A DNA stretch of 64,000 nt. It comes from Podarcis gaigeae. Its lineage: Eukaryota. The position numbers and the translations under genes were made by a program. The DNA lies in assembly GCA_964106915.2 (NCBI GenBank), contig OZ066929.1. One strand, 5' to 3'. The notes below the pieces were generated by a model. It searched no databases and was not told the origin of the DNA. It worked only from the letters and a program-made list of their open reading frames with translations. Within the stretch, counting starts at the first letter, position 1, and each line of letters starts with the position of its first letter. Of the stretch, positions 11,431 to 24,112 are shown in pieces.

Positions 11431-14174
11431 AGCCGTCTCCACATGCTAAAGAGCTATATATGTGAGAGGTATCATAGATGTTCTAGATTTGTTGGATACA
11501 TTTTTAAAGGATTTCTGAAGCAGCCTGAGAGAGAAGACAGACATAATATTACCCCTGTGCTTTAGGTAGGGTGTTTACCTTTCCATTTCTTAAAGTACTG
11601 TGTCTCTGTTTCTCTGTAATCCACTCGTGCTTCTTCTTAATCATAATCATTACTTTCTTGAAAGTGCAAAACTGCCCTGGGGGATTACTTGGGAGGGTTT
11701 GTCGGTGACATTGCAGGCGCCAGTCGGTCGGCTCTGTCTGCAGTCAGCTTCTGTTGCACTTGTAAAAATGTTACGTCTGTCTTCACCCTAAACTGACAAC
11801 AGCCACATCACGTGCAAAGCAAGTAAAGGACGTCAGCTCGGGCCACTTATGGCATAGTGAGAATATCTTTCGTGTGCAGTTCAACTCCAAGGCGGTTGTT
11901 TCAGTCCCTACCCAGCTGGAGATCCTCACCTATTCTCATTTCTGTGCTACATGTTGCTGTTGTTTCTGCATGCAGCAATGCTAGCCATTTTCAGTGGAAG
12001 AGCATCAACACGTGTTTGGCAGCAGCTTCAGGAAAGTGCACTGCTCAAAACATATGTTCTCGTTCTGGTGTTTCGGCACAGCTGGATCTATTTGGGGAAA
12101 ATCATGTGCATGCAGAGGGGAAATAACTTGGTGGATATCCTCCTCCGTCGCCCCCAAAGCATTGACAGCCTTCCTAAGTTTTCAGGAGTCTTCCCCTGAC
12201 AATACCCTGTGCAGCTAATGCCTCTTAGTGGAGATATGCCAAAAGTAATAACAATTGCTGACCCTGACTTTCGAAGGTCATCACTGACGTAAATGGTTAC
12301 AGGAAACTCAGGGCGTCAGATTTCAAATAAAAATAACTCCGTGTGGCTACAGTCCTTCCATTCGTGGCTGGGGGTGGGGTGGGGAATGGGGCAGTCTAAA
12401 TACCACAAGGACTTTCTGTGTTACTTCAGTGCTAGTGAAGCGTAATTAAAAATTAGCTGAAGTGTGTTGCCTTTTTCAAATGCGTTTTGAAAATGGATAG
12501 CAAATTATCTGTCAAAATGATGAGCTCTTCGTTGCTGACGTGTAAAAACTAAATTTACTCACCAATAAGTGCACATCAGAGATCTCCAAGTCTCTTTCAA
12601 AAGCAAGTAACACCTGGGCAGAGGCCACTCTGGCAATTAATGTTGAACAGCTTGCCTAATCATGCTTGGGTGTTACAGGATGTGGAACTTGGTTATGCGT
12701 CATTTGTTGGGCAGCTTTTGCCTTAAACCACACCTGTCCAGCTGCCCAACCTCTGCTGGAGGGCCTCAGCTCCCACTCCCTCTGCCCATACTGCACAGGG
12801 AGCCAAAATTCAGGTTACACCTTCTACCCAATCAAACACCCACTTAGAACACTTTCTTTTTAAGTTCTCTTTCAGGTTATTCGGTGAGGGGCCCTTACCT
12901 TGTACCTTTTGTTTCATCCCTCATAGCTGAGCGTTTTATATTTTTATAACAAAACACACACACGGTACAATGAACATGGACTGGATTTTTTTTGTAAAAA
13001 AAACACAACACAGGCAATTTAGCTAAGATGCATAGAGCACAGAACCACGAAACCTTCAAGCTATAATTATTTTCACCTAGTAGGGTCAGCAAAACCTTAT
13101 AATGATCTGGAGAGGCACGGGTCTGGGGTGTATGATTGGCATGCTGCAGTACTGCACAAAATGTTTCAGGTTTTGCATGACCTCGAACAACCTTTATATG
13201 GCGGGTGAGCTTGTTCATTAATAAATGATGGCAAAGCCTCCGAAACCAGGCTAATGTGTTGCTCTTGCCGCTGCTAAATAGTGTAAAATAAAGTATGCGG
13301 AGTGGGCTGCAGTTCCTTTGGGGAGGGGAACTGCTGGCATTGGAGTCTTTGTGGTGATTTGCTTGTTCATGTTGATGTTGGAGAGGGTGGCAAGCGACTG
13401 ATAAATTGATCTACACATGAGTAGTCAAGTCTACTGTTTTTAGAGTACTGGGGCTGGGAATGATTTGGCTAAAATTGGAGCAGAATTAGAGGACCTGTGG
13501 ATTTAATTAAAAGCCCCCCTATTTTCTCCCAGTGACCAGAAACAATTTGTGGCTGGGGAGCAGAGTGCAGTTTAGGTAGTGAGGTTTGCCCATGTTAGAT
13601 TTTGGAAGGAGAAATAACAGTAATTTGACTTTTTAATTTAATTTTTTCCTAAGCGTATTTCCTCTGAAATAAGTCCTGTTGAACTTAACGGAATCCCCTC
13701 TCAAGAAAATATACTTAGAGTTGTAGGCTTATTTTAACTTTCAGATTGTGAGTCAGTTATAATCGGTGTATGAAAAGCACCTTTATTTATGAAACCTTAG
13801 GGAAGCAATGTGGAGTGGGTTGAGGTACTTTTCGGGCCATTGGTAATTGTCCTTCCCCCTCCCCCCAGCATCCTCCTGGTGTTCCCTCACACCCACACCA
13901 ACAACAGCAACATACCTTGTTTCCATCTATACAACACAAGGCCCTGAGCATTTCCCTTGGTTCCCGATCCTCCAGAGCAGGATAAATTCACACAGGGAAG
14001 AGCTAGTTCTTTTAATCTCCTCTTTTGACTGAAGCAAAACGTTGCCCTAGGCAGGTCCTTGTGTTCAAAGTACCTTCTGGAGAGCTGAAATTAATAGCGT
14101 CCCTGTTCAGAAGTGTGTGTATGTGTATGTTTTTCCCTTCATGATAAATGCACATTTCTTCAAAACAAATTATG

Positions 14175-14309
14175 ATTTTTATTTTTATTTATTTATTTGT
14201 GAATTGGGTCTCATGAGGCATCCCAAAGCCATTTGCAGCATAATCAAAACATGTAAAACAGTTACATATATAAAAACAGTTTAAAACAGTTGCATATTTA
14301 AAAACAAAG

Positions 14310-14378
<69 letters not shown>

Positions 14379-14741
14379 ATCACAGTTTAAAACAGCAGCA
14401 GAAGCACACACATAAAATCCATTCAAATCCAAGACAGACTCTAGCTGGCATAATGATCTCTGTTTAGAATGCTTGTTGAAAGAAGTTGTCTTCCTGATTT
14501 ATAATAGGAGGGATTTCCAGAGAGTAGATGCCAGGGCACCAAAGACCTGATTCCTTCTTTGTGCGGAAGGACCCCCTGATAGGATGGGATCTGCAGATAG
14601 CTGCAGAACACAGTGATCCAATTGGGTATGTAGGGGATGAGAAGATTGTTTTAAGTATTCTGGTCCCATGCTGTGTAGGGATTTATACATCTATTCCAAC
14701 ACCTTGAACTTAGCCTGGCAACTAATTGGCAGCCAGTGCAG
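14175..14741 (-). mobile_element. L2 LINE 3' fragment (ORF2 C-terminus and tail), interrupted by a microsatellite
   Basis: Minus strand translates LHWLPISCQAKFKVLE*MYKSLHSMGPEYLK, the L2 ORF2 'LHWLP...FK...YK.L...P.YL' motif; (TTTA)n-type tail near 14178. Confidence 0.8.
14312..14378. repeat. Compound (TG)n(TA)n(TG)n microsatellite
   Basis: Direct reading. Confidence 0.95.
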
Positions 14742-15549
14742 TAAATAAGGGGCACACTGTTGCAATCCTGGAAGCTAAGTCACATGTTTGGGACACGCAC
14801 TCCTTGGTGAGAGAACTCCAGCAGAGATTTGACATCACAAAAACATGCAGCAAAGAATAGCGAGGAAACATAGGCTGTAAAACTCCCTTCCAGTGAGTCC
14901 CAAAATATCCCTTTTAAAAAGCTCTTTCCAAGCTATTCCACATCCCTAGATGGACCACACATAAAATGGTTTACTTACAAAACCTTTCAAAGTTCAGATT
15001 CATGTGCTTTCCCTGTTGCACAGGCAGCAAAACATTGCTTAGTTACAAAAGGTAAAACTTTCTAAACTATTGGTAGGGAAAAACACTAGTTTCAGATTCC
15101 ATTCTGGCATGAAATGAAAGAGGCTGGTTAAAACTATGCTCAGAGTTCCTGACATGCTGAAAGCCACATGAAGAGAGAGAGAAGTAACAAAGGTTTGGTC
15201 ACCTATTTGATCTCAGGGTGAGGGGTGAGAATATAGACTAAGCCTGGCAGGACAGCTTACTCTATAGTTTTAACCCTTTTCCTCACTAATTAGATTTAAA
15301 CATGCTAGCATTGTGAGAGGCTGGAACCCTACACACAATTCTGTGTACGGTTAAATACAGCTTCTCATAAGGATCCTTCTAATTCATTAAACATTTCTGT
15401 TCACATATCTTTAAAACTCATGAGTTGAAGGGACTCTGAAGCAGGCATAATCACAGCACTTAGCTGATCTTGTCCAGATTCCACATTTTTATTTTTATTT
15501 TTTCACATGTACATTTTGTTTATGTCTGACATTTTTTGTTACTGAACAC

Positions 15550-15625
15550 AAGGCAGTGTACATGGGCCTTCTAGGCAGTCTCCCATTCAAGCACTGACCA
15601 GATCCAAACTTGCTTAGTTTCAATA
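15550..15625 (-). mobile_element. 5S-rRNA-derived SINE (SINE3-type) fragment
   Basis: Minus strand gaaactaagcaagtttggatctggtcagtgcttgaatgggagactgcc aligns to the 5S internal control region (gaagctaagcagggtcgggcctggttagtacttggatgggagaccgcc); truncated and diverged. Confidence 0.75.
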
Positions 15626-16792
15626 AGCTTGCATCGTATCATGCTAGACTACAGTTCTGCAACCATGCTGCCCTCATTAGATCACTACAATCCTATGGAA
15701 ATGTGCTCCTGACTTAGAAAAATAATGCTCATGATTTGAATATTTTGGGTGCGCTTGTTTTGATAAACCCATGAGCTAGTCTCGGTTTCTAGACTGGCTT
15801 AGGTGGAAAACAAGCATTTTAATGTAGAAGGCAGTCTGAGACAGAGGAACGGGGGCAGGGAGATCAAACAGGAAATATAACTAACCTCCTTTTCTTTCCA
15901 GCTGTGGGAAACCTAGATAAATTTCTCTCTGCTAATAAACGACACTCTCATTTTGCACCTGAGCCTTTCTGTGAAACTGGCTGTGGCAATTGTTCATTTT
16001 TTAATATATATTATTTTTCCGCCAGAACTTTTGTGCATTAAAAAAAGTCCTTCATGCATCAGGAACCAGCGTAATGTAATACTTGTCTTATCTTCACACT
16101 TACTCAGCAGGTATTTACAAAAGGGCAGTGGGAAAGTCTTTCAACTCAATCCTGTTAACTCTGCACAGGATGTGTCCGGATCAGATATGCTTACCTGCTT
16201 CTCCTACCTTAGGGCCACGCAGCTGCCATAAAGCCTTTGCTTCTTCGCCCAGTGTATTTCTTTTTCTAACAAACCTTATTGACTTCATGCTACTCTATGT
16301 CTCAGGGGCACATAGACAGGGCTGTGACAGCATAATGGCTCAGAAGAGTGATCTGTAAGTCCCACTTGTAGGCTGGTGCTCTCTGATATGATGGAAGTGG
16401 CGTAGGTGCAACCAGCTTTCCTCCAGCTGAAAACTGGCACAGCCTCATCCATCCTTTGCTGCCTAGCTGGGATACTTAGCCATGCAACCTGGTTTGAAAG
16501 CGGCAGCCTGAGCAATGTAGGCTGTGAGATCAGCTCTTCTTTTGCAGTTGGCAGTGGTTACAATCCTCTTTTTGGAACTTATTTTAATGCTCAAATCATT
16601 TCCTTCGAAACCTTGGTTTGTGTCTTGGGAATGCCAGGGGAGTAACCCCCTTCAGTTCCTACTGTGCTTCTACTTTGTCACCTTTAGGGGCTCATTGTAC
16701 TAATTCGCTGTGTCTTCCCCCAATGCCATAGTTAATGTTGCTTTTGGTGTACTAGTTGAGTTGAGCATGTGGGTTCTTCAGTTACTGGGACT

Positions 16793-17089
16793 CAGGGCCT
16801 GCCCAAGACATTTTGGCACCTGAGGCAAACTATAAAATGGTGCCCCTCCCAGATTAGGGAAGAAGGGGTGACTGAAGCCTCTCCATCAGGAACAAGGATG
16901 TGAGGAGGCAAGGAGTACCTCCCATTTGCCAAGATGCTGCTGTAAAGGTGGCCTTGCGGGGGGCTGCTGAGGAGGCAGCAGATCCAGCCTCCAAGGAGTG
17001 TTCATTCCTTGGAGGCCGGATCTGCTGCCCTCATGGATCCTGTCATCTGAGGTGGTCGCTTCACCTTGCCTCATGGGTGGGCTGGCATG
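16793..17089. mobile_element. Non-autonomous hAT-type element
   Basis: Starts cagggcctgccc, ends gggctggcatg (degenerate TIRs); flanked by 8-bp ctgggact / ctgggagt (7/8 TSD). Confidence 0.65.
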
Positions 17090-17414
17090 CTGGGAGTTGG
17101 ACTGAACATGGTTCCCTGGAATCAAGAGCTAGAGGTAACTTGAAGTCATTTAGCACTCACACATTAGCTTCAAATTTACATATTTACCACTGCAATATTT
17201 ACAGTGCAATGTAAATATATATTTACAATGCAGTGCTGCAAGGTGTTAAATCACAGGATAATATTTCGTCCCAGGAACATATTCACCCTTGGCCAACCAC
17301 TCAAATCAGTAGGGTATTTTGGGCCAGAAATGCTTGCTTTGGGAGCAAATCAGGCCCCCAAACTGGGGTTGGCCACTCTCATGTTAAATCAGTATAAATA
17401 CATCAAATCTAAAA

Positions 17415-17430
17415 CTATCTATCATCTATC

Positions 17431-17477
<47 letters not shown>
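17415..17477. repeat. (ATCT)n tetranucleotide microsatellite
   Basis: Direct reading. Confidence 0.95.
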
Positions 17478-19512
17478 ATCCACAGCCTAAGATCAGAATC
17501 AGTGACAATGAGCTGGTTCACATCTAACAGCTAAGTCAACCTCAGTGTGCCCCCCTAGGGCAGCAGAGTAGACAATGGCTAGAAGAGAACAGGAATTTGT
17601 TTTGTACTTTGACTGCTCTTTCATCTGCATTGTATAGGTTTTTAACATGGTGTTTTGTTGATTTTTTTCTTTTTGCAATTAATGCAAAATAGTAATGCAA
17701 ATAAAATAGTTTCATTTAGATGTGCTGGTTACGATAATTTTAAATTGATGGAGGTGGATATACTCCTATTTCTAATAGGCTTAGGCAGCACACAGATTTT
17801 TAAAAGCGTTTATATATAAAAAAATATGCTGCTTGACCCCACACGTTGAAAAGGGCCTCGAAAGAAAAACTTTATACATTGCACTTGTGTTAACCATTTT
17901 CTCTCCTGTGCAATGATTTGTATTGCAGCTGTCTGTACTGTTTTAATGCTTTGCCATGTGAATGCAAAATAAGCTTTTGAGTTATACTTGTGGTAATGTA
18001 CAAAAATGTTATCTTCTGTCTAAAGAAGGATGCTCACAGAATCACCTTGGTGGCTGGATTTTACTTTTTATGCTCTTACAGTTAAAATGAAAGTCTTAGA
18101 AACATCTGATGAAAATTAGGAGGAGCCCATCACCGTTTCTGCTGGCCAGGGCAGAAGGCAGAACTTTGGTGCCTAATGCCACTTCTTGCTGTCCTTAGCC
18201 CCCTCCTCTTCAGCCCCCCCCCATCCTTTTGTCCTTTTATTCCCCAGCTCATGACAAATGGAAAAGCCAAACTCAGGCAAAGTTAAACACCTGCACATTT
18301 CCTTTATTTACAGAGTTTTATTCTGATACAGAACTTGGATTTCCGTTTTGCTTTGGTGTGGTGTACGTGCAGATCCATTTAGCAATTGGTGAGGAAGAAC
18401 AGATGTGTGCTCTTTGAAAAGAAAACCAAAATAAGAATTAGGACTTCTGACCATCTGCCTGGCTTAATATTATCCAGTTCTGCTTCTCACATTTGGCTTA
18501 TAGGCAGAGACTAGTTAGGGTGAGTTCTGAATAATTCAACTTCATGACATTCGGTACAGCTTGTGTGTGTATGCAAATTTATTTTACCCTGCAAACGTAA
18601 GCACTATAGCTCTTTTTGCTACAAAATGCGGTGTCTTTCTTTTTGACTTGGGGAGCCAGCAGTCTGACCTCACGGCATGACAGTTTGATCGGGACCGGGC
18701 TGCAATAAATTATAAAATCCTTTCTGATCGAGACTGGCCTTGTGCTGCAGAGCCTCAGAAAACTGGCCAAAAGGTTTTAGGCATTGACCTGTTCACTTCT
18801 CTGTACCCTCCCTCCCCCAATAGCTGTTAATATTAAGGTGTTACGTATGTACGGATGGACAGGTGTGTGTGTTACCTACCTTTTTTGTATTGTTTGGAAA
18901 AGAAAATAGGTTGCAACTCTAGAGTCCTCGTACTGTTAATCTGCACGCAAGCCCCGTGAAAGGAAAAAGAATTATTCCTGCTGACGATGGCTAATGTCCC
19001 GTGAAAATAAAAATGCAAGCTGCTTTGCACCTGGTTTCTCAAAGTGCTGAAGGAGCAATGTTCCCTCCAGCCTCTCTGTAGTGGTGTCACCAGAGCTCCT
19101 GGTCCAGGGATCAACTCTTCTTTCCCAAACAGACTCTTATCCCAGAGTGATTTGACCAGCTCTGGACCGGCTATTATGCTAAGAATGTGATAGAGCAGCT
19201 TCTCTGATCTGGTGATGTTCATATATTTTGAGTTATATCCTCTATTGCTGTGCTGGCTACGGCTGATGAGAATTGTAGTCCAAAACACCTGGGAGACAGC
19301 AGGTTGGGGCAGGCTGTCACAGAATCTGGATTCCCTAAGTGTGGAGGACAATCTGTGCATATGCATGGCTGTGCATGCACATACGGGCAAGTCACTAAAG
19401 GGAAGACACAAATGCTATCCTGGTTTGCTTACCTCCTATTCAGAATTTTTTGTCTTTAATAGAACTGAGCCAAAACGATTGTCTTCAGTGTGAATTTGGT
19501 GATGCATGAGGT

Positions 19513-19551
19513 ACACACGCGCGCACGCACACACACACACACACACACACA
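19513..19551. repeat. (CG)/(CA)n alternating purine-pyrimidine tract
   Basis: acacacgcgcgcacgcacacacac... Confidence 0.9.
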
Positions 19552-21597
19552 CCAGCTTGAAATCCTCCCCAAAATTTGCTTTAAGTATGCTTCTTCTATG
19601 GCTGTTTGCAGAAAGGCAGTAGGAGAAAGCTGATGCTTCTTGTAATTATTTCTGCTGTAATTATTTCTCTCCCGGGAGAGAGGCAGTGCTGCCCACTTGC
19701 CAAGGCAATGCAGGGATTTTCTACTTCCCCCAAGTCTGTAGCCTGTGCAAAGGCTACAACTTGAGTTTTGTAGAGCTTGAGTTTGGGCTCAGCTCTAGAC
19801 TTGAATGCGCTGGGCTGCAAAATACTGACCCTGCTTCCTCCCACCTCGTCAGCCTAACATGGACTATTGTACACCCAGTGTTTTGCTGGGAAATAAATTA
19901 CAGTGCTGTGAGAGGCTAAGGAAGCAGCTCCCTACTTCTCGAGGAAACAGGCCCTTTTCTTGCCTTGTGCTGTTTCCACTAAACATTAACATACACACAC
20001 CAGGTAGTTCATATGGTACCGCAGAACTGCTTGAGCCCAGATTAAGAGCAGCTTGTTTATGTTTTGGGGTTGTCCATGCAGCATTTTATTCCTGATTTGC
20101 ACAAGTCACAGTTTTCAGTCATTCTCCCCACACTACCAGCTCTATCCAGAGGTAGGCCAACTTACTTGACAGACAAAAATCCTGTGAATATCTGGCTTAA
20201 TTTTTAACAAGCGTCCCTAGTCCTTATGGTTACAGAAAGGAAAACTATAAAAAAACAGGCATGAGAGAAGCTGCTGAGTTTGTGGCTTTTTTTTGTTTTT
20301 TGCCTCATATATATCTGGCACTGAGCTTAGCAGTCTGGCCCCTTAGTCAACCCATGTCAAGCATTGCACTAGCTGAGGAGGGCGCTAAATTTTAAAAGCT
20401 TTTTTTAATATTAAAAAATTCCTACCACTCACAATTGTAGAAAGAAACTTGAAAACAGACAAGAAAGAAGCACCTGAACTCTGGCTTTTAAAAAACCTGT
20501 ATCATGAATACTTAGAGAGAGAAAATCTGGAAACTGGTCAAGAAAATGGCTATGCTGTTTTTTGGTTTTGGTTTTCCTGGGTGGGGAGCGGCCCTACGGG
20601 TGGCTGGTTTGCTGTCCATCTGCAGCAAAGCAGGCAGGAGGGGACTGCTGTGACTTTGTGTCTCTCACCACTGATTCTGGGAGGAAATGAGCTTGCAGAA
20701 GACTGGTTTTGGTTCAGGGCTGACGGGGTGAACCCATATTGTTCACGTAAGACTAGGGTTTAAATTTCAGCTCGCTTTTGTAGAACAAAGAAGAAACCTT
20801 TAAAAAAATCAAGTCCTTGATAAGGAATCCTATCAGGCATCTCCCCCACCCCCCCGCTTGTTTAGTAGAATAATTCAGCGACATTTTATTTACATAAAGC
20901 CGTCACATTTTGGCTAGGATTAGAGGGAAGTAGTACATTGCATGACATTCTGTCAGTTTTATGTTGTGAAGAAAGCCATATTGACACTGATGGCTGTTTA
21001 ACATCCTCCAGATTTTGTTTTTTGAGAGAGTGCTCTGTTTCGGAAGTGGGCTCAGAGCCCTTCTGCTGCACAGTCTCCTGAGCTTGGCGCTGGTGTATAT
21101 CCACCTGTGCTGGAGAAAGAGAACTGAGGTCTGTTTGCACTGAAAATCAGTGCTCTTTGCAAAGTATGTTAGCCGCAGCAGATTTGGTAACTGCAATTAC
21201 ATTTTTGTTGTACAGACAAAAGAAAGTGCTTATTATAATTGAAGCGGGTCTAACAACTTAGCAGAAACAAAGTTCCATTAAAACAAATTCCCCATTGTAA
21301 ATCAATAAGTTCGTTCAAAAGCCATTGAGCGCGGTGGATTGGGGCTTGCCTTTCAAGCAAATATGTTAGTGATTCTGATAATTTGAATTAGAGCATGGCA
21401 AGATGTTTAATCACTGTTAATCTGACAGCATTAGAGATTATGCATGACAGTTGCTTCAATAGTTCTAAATGCTTAAGTCAAAACACACGGCAGTGACTTG
21501 TGCTGAAGGAACCTAAAACTGGTGGGGAATAGAAGTCAATCCAGGCTACACAGCTGATGTGCAGGTGGCATCACGTTTTTTTTAAGGGAGTGGATGC

Positions 21598-21771
21598 ACA
21601 TCTTAGCTGTGGAGCACCAGGCTTTGCATGCAGAAGGTCCTGGTTTTCAATCCCTGGCATCCCCTGTAAAAATAAAATGTTGAGCGGCAAGCTTGGAGGC
21701 CTTGGAGATCTGCTGCCAATCTTTAGAGAAAGCGTCGAGTTGGACAGGCTGGTGGGTGGTCTGGCTCGGTA
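21598..21771 (+). mobile_element. tRNA-derived SINE, same family as 59114-59286
   Basis: gctttgcatgcagaaggtcctggttttcaatccctggcatc...ctgctgccaatc...tggtctggctcggta. Confidence 0.65.
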
Positions 21772-22539
21772 CGTTATTACTATTATTTATTATTTATTAA
21801 ATTTTTATACTAGCCTTCGCCCACAGATCTTAGTGTGGTTCACACCTTTGTATATTTGTATGCAAGAATGTATCAGGATTTGGAAGTAAAATTGCTTTTC
21901 CTTTTCCAGTCAGCTAGTATAATGAAGCTGCAAGCTGTTTAGGAATCAAAGAGACTTGGGTAGTGATCCTTCCTGGGCTTGGTTTATGAGCCTTAAGGCA
22001 GTTAGCTTGTTATTAAACACCTCCTTTCAGGTGAGCTGGTTGTCCCTGTTGGAATCAGGTTGTCCCTGTTGGAATCAGGGTGCTGGGCTATTGTTATTTA
22101 ACACTTAAAAAGCATCTAAAATGTTTTACATGCTGTACAACTACTTAAAGATAAATCAGCCAGTTTCCCACAGACTCACAGTCTAATGGACAGGATACAA
22201 AAGGAAGGAGCAAGCCCTGGAGTAGCTGATGCACAGAGCCAGCTTGGTCTCCCTCTTGCCATGATCTTCCTGCGAGACTTCAACGCAGCACCTGGCTGGT
22301 GACATAGTGTGCCTCCTGTCAGGTCCCAGGAACAACTGGCAATTGGAGCAGTTTTAAAAGTAGTTTGCTGTGTGACATGGGCCTTGAGTGGGGCTGCTGT
22401 TTGAGAATCATGATGGAGCATGTGGAATTAGTTGTAGAGAACTGCAATGAAAGGTGAATCCAGCCTATGCATGTTAACATTAAGACAGCTTCTCATAATA
22501 CTAGATCTGCCGACCACCTAGTGGGACAATCAGCAGGAG

Positions 22540-22830
22540 ATTCAGGGCAAGACAAAGGGCATGCTTTTTCCACATAGCACCCAGTCAGCCTATGGAATTT
22601 ACTGCTGCAAGAGGCAGTGATGAATGGCCCCTGGCTTTGATGACTCTTTCTGCAGCTATGAGCTATGATAGCTAAGTGGCGCTTCCATGTTAGTAGCATG
22701 TCTCTGAATCCCAGTCACTGGAAAACAGCATCAGGACAGGGCCGTTGCGTACACACCCTGCTTTTGGGCTTTCCAGGACTGTCCACTCTGGGGGACAGGA
22801 TGGTGGACGTGGATCAATCTTGGATCATGT
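22540..22830 (+). mobile_element. Old CR1 LINE 3' fragment
   Basis: ttttccacatagcac...ctatggaatttactgctgcaagaggcagtgatg, then a degenerate CR1 3'UTR (gcatgtctctgaatcccag...acaggatggtggac). Confidence 0.6.
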
Positions 22831-23807
22831 AAGGCGCAGAAGCACTGATAGCAACACTATGAATAGTTGCCACAATCTGTAGTTTGCTTGGCGTTTGGTA
22901 CTGGAGGCCATCCCCAGCATTCTAGAGAGAAAAAGTGACCCATCTTGGCAACCTCACAGCAAAAGCTTTCCACAGAGAGAAGGCACCACAAAAGAAAATG
23001 AACCATGGCCTGCTCTGTTGAGTCCAAAATGGTGCTAAAGAAACACTACCTGCTAAGTTCTAGACCGCGGCCACGTCTGGTTTTCCTAGTAGAAAGGCAA
23101 AAGACATTGCTCCTTTTTCTTTATCACAGTCTCCCAGATTCATGCTCTGTTTTGAGGAATGTGTTGGCAAACGTAGCAGGTTTATATAATGCATTCCATC
23201 CTGCAGAGTAGGATTTCCAGAGTAGGAAATCTGATCCTTATCAAAACAGGTTGGCATTCCTTTCTTTTAATGGGCCTTGTGTCTTTTCTTCTATACCTAT
23301 ACAAGTCTGTTCATTGTGAATGGAAGGATAGATTTCCCCTGTGTATTGATGGCTTTTGCAGCATGCTAAATTTTGTCTTGGACTGGGATCGCAAAGTGCA
23401 TCAAACTTGATTAACATACAGTACGTGGAAGGCCATAGGAAGCTCTGTAGCTCTGTGTTTTTGATTTGTGCACTGAACTGGCTATATGGAGGTGGTACTT
23501 ACAGTCCAGCCCTGGGATCTCATGGCAAGGTGACTGGGGGGGAAATTGCCTTGCAGTGAATTAAAAACATTTTGGTCTGCTGTTTGGCCTCTTAATCAAA
23601 TGGTGAGTGACTAAGAATAGTGGCTCCCACCAGTGACTCCCTCAAAATGCCCTTGAGCAATGCAACATCTTGTATGTTCTAAGAAAAGCATTGTTATTGC
23701 TGCTGGGGAAGGGGAAGGCCAACTCTTGCACAAGTGAGTAAATGTGAAATCTGAGTAGTTTTGGAAAAGATTCCAGACTAGTATTGTTACATGTCTTAGA
23801 GCAATAT

Positions 23808-24112
23808 AACATAAATTCTGCAGACCGGAGATCCATCTAGGCCAGTATCTTTCTTTCTACATCAGCCCAAAAGAAGCCTCCTGGGAAGCCCAAAAGCAGG
23901 GCATGAGGGTCATAACCCTCTCCTGTTGTTGCTCCCCATCAACCAAAATTCAAAGTATGGCTCTGAACATGGAGGTGCCACATAATGATCATGAGTAACA
24001 ACTACTGATAGTTCTCTTCCTCCTCCATGAATTTCTCTAAGCCTCTTATAAAGCCATTTAAACAAGTGATGGTCTCCCCATTGTGTGGCAGTAAATTCTT
24101 AGAATTTAACTA
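23808..24112 (-). mobile_element. Old CR1 LINE 3' fragment
   Basis: gggaagcccaaaagcagggcatg...ctctgaacatggagg...tcctccatgaatttctctaagcctcttataaagcca (minus strand resembles the CR1 ORF2 end GFKRGLDKFME). Confidence 0.7.

Noticed and set aside
15572-15625. 5S rRNA-like sequence
   Set aside because: About 50 nt, diverged and truncated; a SINE3-type relic and not a 5S gene.
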